In this document: one piece after another, positions 62,178-64,000 of the stretch
Layout of the letters: every line of letters starts with the position of its first letter
Position numbering within the stretch: the first letter of the stretch is position 1
Assembly (NCBI GenBank): GCA_000708835.1
Contig: DF237166.1
Span: 62,001-126,000 of the forward strand
Direction of reading: 5' to 3'
From: Klebsormidium nitens
Taxonomy: Eukaryota > Plantae > Klebsormidiophyceae
Length of the DNA: 64,000 bases
Notes under the pieces: model-generated
Database searches by the model: none
The model's input: the letters and a program-made list of their open reading frames with translations, nothing else
What the model was told of the DNA's origin: nothing
Position numbers and translations under genes: made by a program

Positions 62178-63467
62178 TCAAGCCCAGGTTGGTTCCATAT
62201 CGGAATCCTCGAACTTCTGCATCCGAAGAAAGTCCACGTAGTCCGAGAACACGCCGTGGTTGGCCGTGTCCTCCAGCCGCACAACCGCCGCGTGCAGCGT
62301 GGGGCTCTGCCTCCGGCTCAGGCTGCTCTGCACCTCAGGCTTCACGTCGGCCGGCTTCAGTTTGAAGTACAGCCGGTACATGAACGACGGGAGCCGTCTT
62401 CCCTCCAGCAGGTTTCGCGCCCACGTCTCGCCCCAAGTAAAGTATTCCGACAAGTAGAACGGCTCGGCCTTCAGCAACAGCTCGAGGTAACGGTGGTGCG
62501 CGCTGCGTGAAACAGTGATGAGGCGATCAGATCTTGGTGAGCCCTGCGGCGAAGGGCACTAACGTCCAGCGGCCGAAAAGTAATCTGTGGAATAGGCTTT
62601 TATGTGACGGCATCGCGAATGAGAGTCGACCGAATGTTTTAGTTTTACAAAGCGAGCGTTGGCGAGTGCTTTTGCACCGGGCGAGAGTCAACCAAAGTCC
62701 ACGTTTAACAGCCGCCGCACAGGACCACGTGGCATCGCGGCGACCAAAGAGACTAATTCCAGTGTGTTTGGTCGCCGAAGCCACGTGGGCGCACATCCTT
62801 TTTCAACGTCTCAGGAAAGTCTTCGTGGAACAAAACGAGTTCTAGCAGACATGGGAAATTACACTCGCTTCCAGACAACCAGAGTACGTTTGCGCACCGC
62901 AGCCCATCCGCCACCGCTGATAGAATGAGGAGCAGCAAAAAGCAGACGACACACGGCAAGCAATCTGACAGTGCATCTTTTGAAACTACAACAATCTATC
63001 TTCAAAGGGTTCCAACTAGACTGGAGGGTTGGACTAGACTTGAGCTCAGTGCTATCCAGTTCTTCGACAGTGCACACGAGCATGGCACCCATACTTGGAA
63101 AAAGACCAGGAAGCCGCAATGCAGACTAAGCAGTTCGCAATCCAGCGGGTGGATAGAAGAAACAGTGCAACCAACTCACTGCAGGTGGCGCACGTTGCGG
63201 GAGCCGTGGAACAGGGTGTCGGGGCATCTGACGTACTGCCCCTTCGAGTTCCGGTCGAAGCACGACTTGGCCGTGTCGGAGAAGTCCCGGCGCCAGTCGT
63301 TCGGCATGAACGACTCCTTGGCCGCCTCCGCCACCAACCGCAGCAGCCTCTTCTTGGCCGTCGGCTCCGACTCCGCGAGCAACATGCATATGTCGTTGCA
63401 CACGGTGTTGAATGTGTCGCCGCACTCCTTGACGGTGTAGAGACGGGGGCCGAGGAACTCGCGGGAC
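62178..63467 (-). CDS. 3' part of a paralog of the 52309-59729 gene; possible KEN/HEPN-like domain; upstream exons not resolved
   Basis: Exons 63180-63467 and 62178-62502 join in phase. The translation aligns without gaps over about 70 aa to exon 7 of the neighbouring gene (LAES.P, VAEAA, MPN.WR, AKS..D, Y.RCPD.LFH) and shares FTWG.T; intron phases are the same. Confidence 0.8.
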
Positions 63468-64000
63468 CTGGAGACGAATCGGGTCGCAAAGCTGGTTAGC
63501 CAAACCCTGACTAGATTTGGTTAGTGACTAGGCACAGGATGTTGTAGTTTAGAAAAGCAGCAGCTGATCAGTAACCTCCGGTGATCGGAGCAAGCAAGGT
63601 GGAGCTAGAGGCGGAAAGCTTGGTACAGAAAGTGGTTAGGAAACCAGAAAACAGAACCGGATTGTAGCATTACTAGAAGGCGATTCTGCTTACAGAACGG
63701 ACCGGAACAGAATTGTGCGGAGCTCCTGCACTGTTTCGCTTTATGGAAGCGCGCGTCTTCATTGGAAACCTTTGCCTAGTTTGCGAAAGACCTCTGGAGA
63801 GGAGGGCTTCGCTTTATCAGTCGTCGATGTTCGGCGAGCTCGAGGTTTGCCTGCTTGAAATCGAGTGCTATGAGCGGTGACACCTGTCGAGAAGATAGTG
63901 GCCGCCACGTGGCGGCTGCAGAGAACACGCCACGTGGCACCAGCCGGAAGGGCGTAGTGTGACATCATCTCTTAGTAACGAAAGGTTTGGTTTGAAACGG

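Noticed and set aside
36751-63467. Functional cluster of ABCE1 (RNase L inhibitor) with the KEN-like genes
   Set aside because: ABCE1 is a universal ribosome-recycling factor, an unrelated gene intervenes, and eukaryotic adjacency alone is weak evidence.

Overview
Intron-rich eukaryotic genomic DNA with GT-AG introns and GC-rich exons. Gene style suggests a charophyte alga such as Klebsormidium (inference, not verified). Ten protein-coding genes were reconstructed by eye from splice sites and reading-frame phase: a 5'-truncated mitochondrial-type Lon protease (+), a PLATZ transcription factor (-), a probably plastid-targeted small hydrophilic protein (+), dihydroneopterin aldolase FolB (-), an alpha/beta hydrolase (+), a long coiled-coil protein crossing an assembly gap (-), ABCE1/RLI (-), a probably plastid-targeted membrane protein with an internal repeat (+), and two convergent unknown paralogs. 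One of those two paralogs carries a motif resembling a KEN/HEPN ribonuclease. The most striking non-genic pattern is that introns of at least five unrelated genes contain decaying tandem copies of the adjacent exon/splice junction: acceptor copies upstream of the exon and donor copies downstream. A 786-bp element with terminal inverted repeats and a 6-bp target duplication, a 46-bp perfect palindrome and a GTAC-dense block are also present. No rRNA, tRNA or CRISPR array was recognised.
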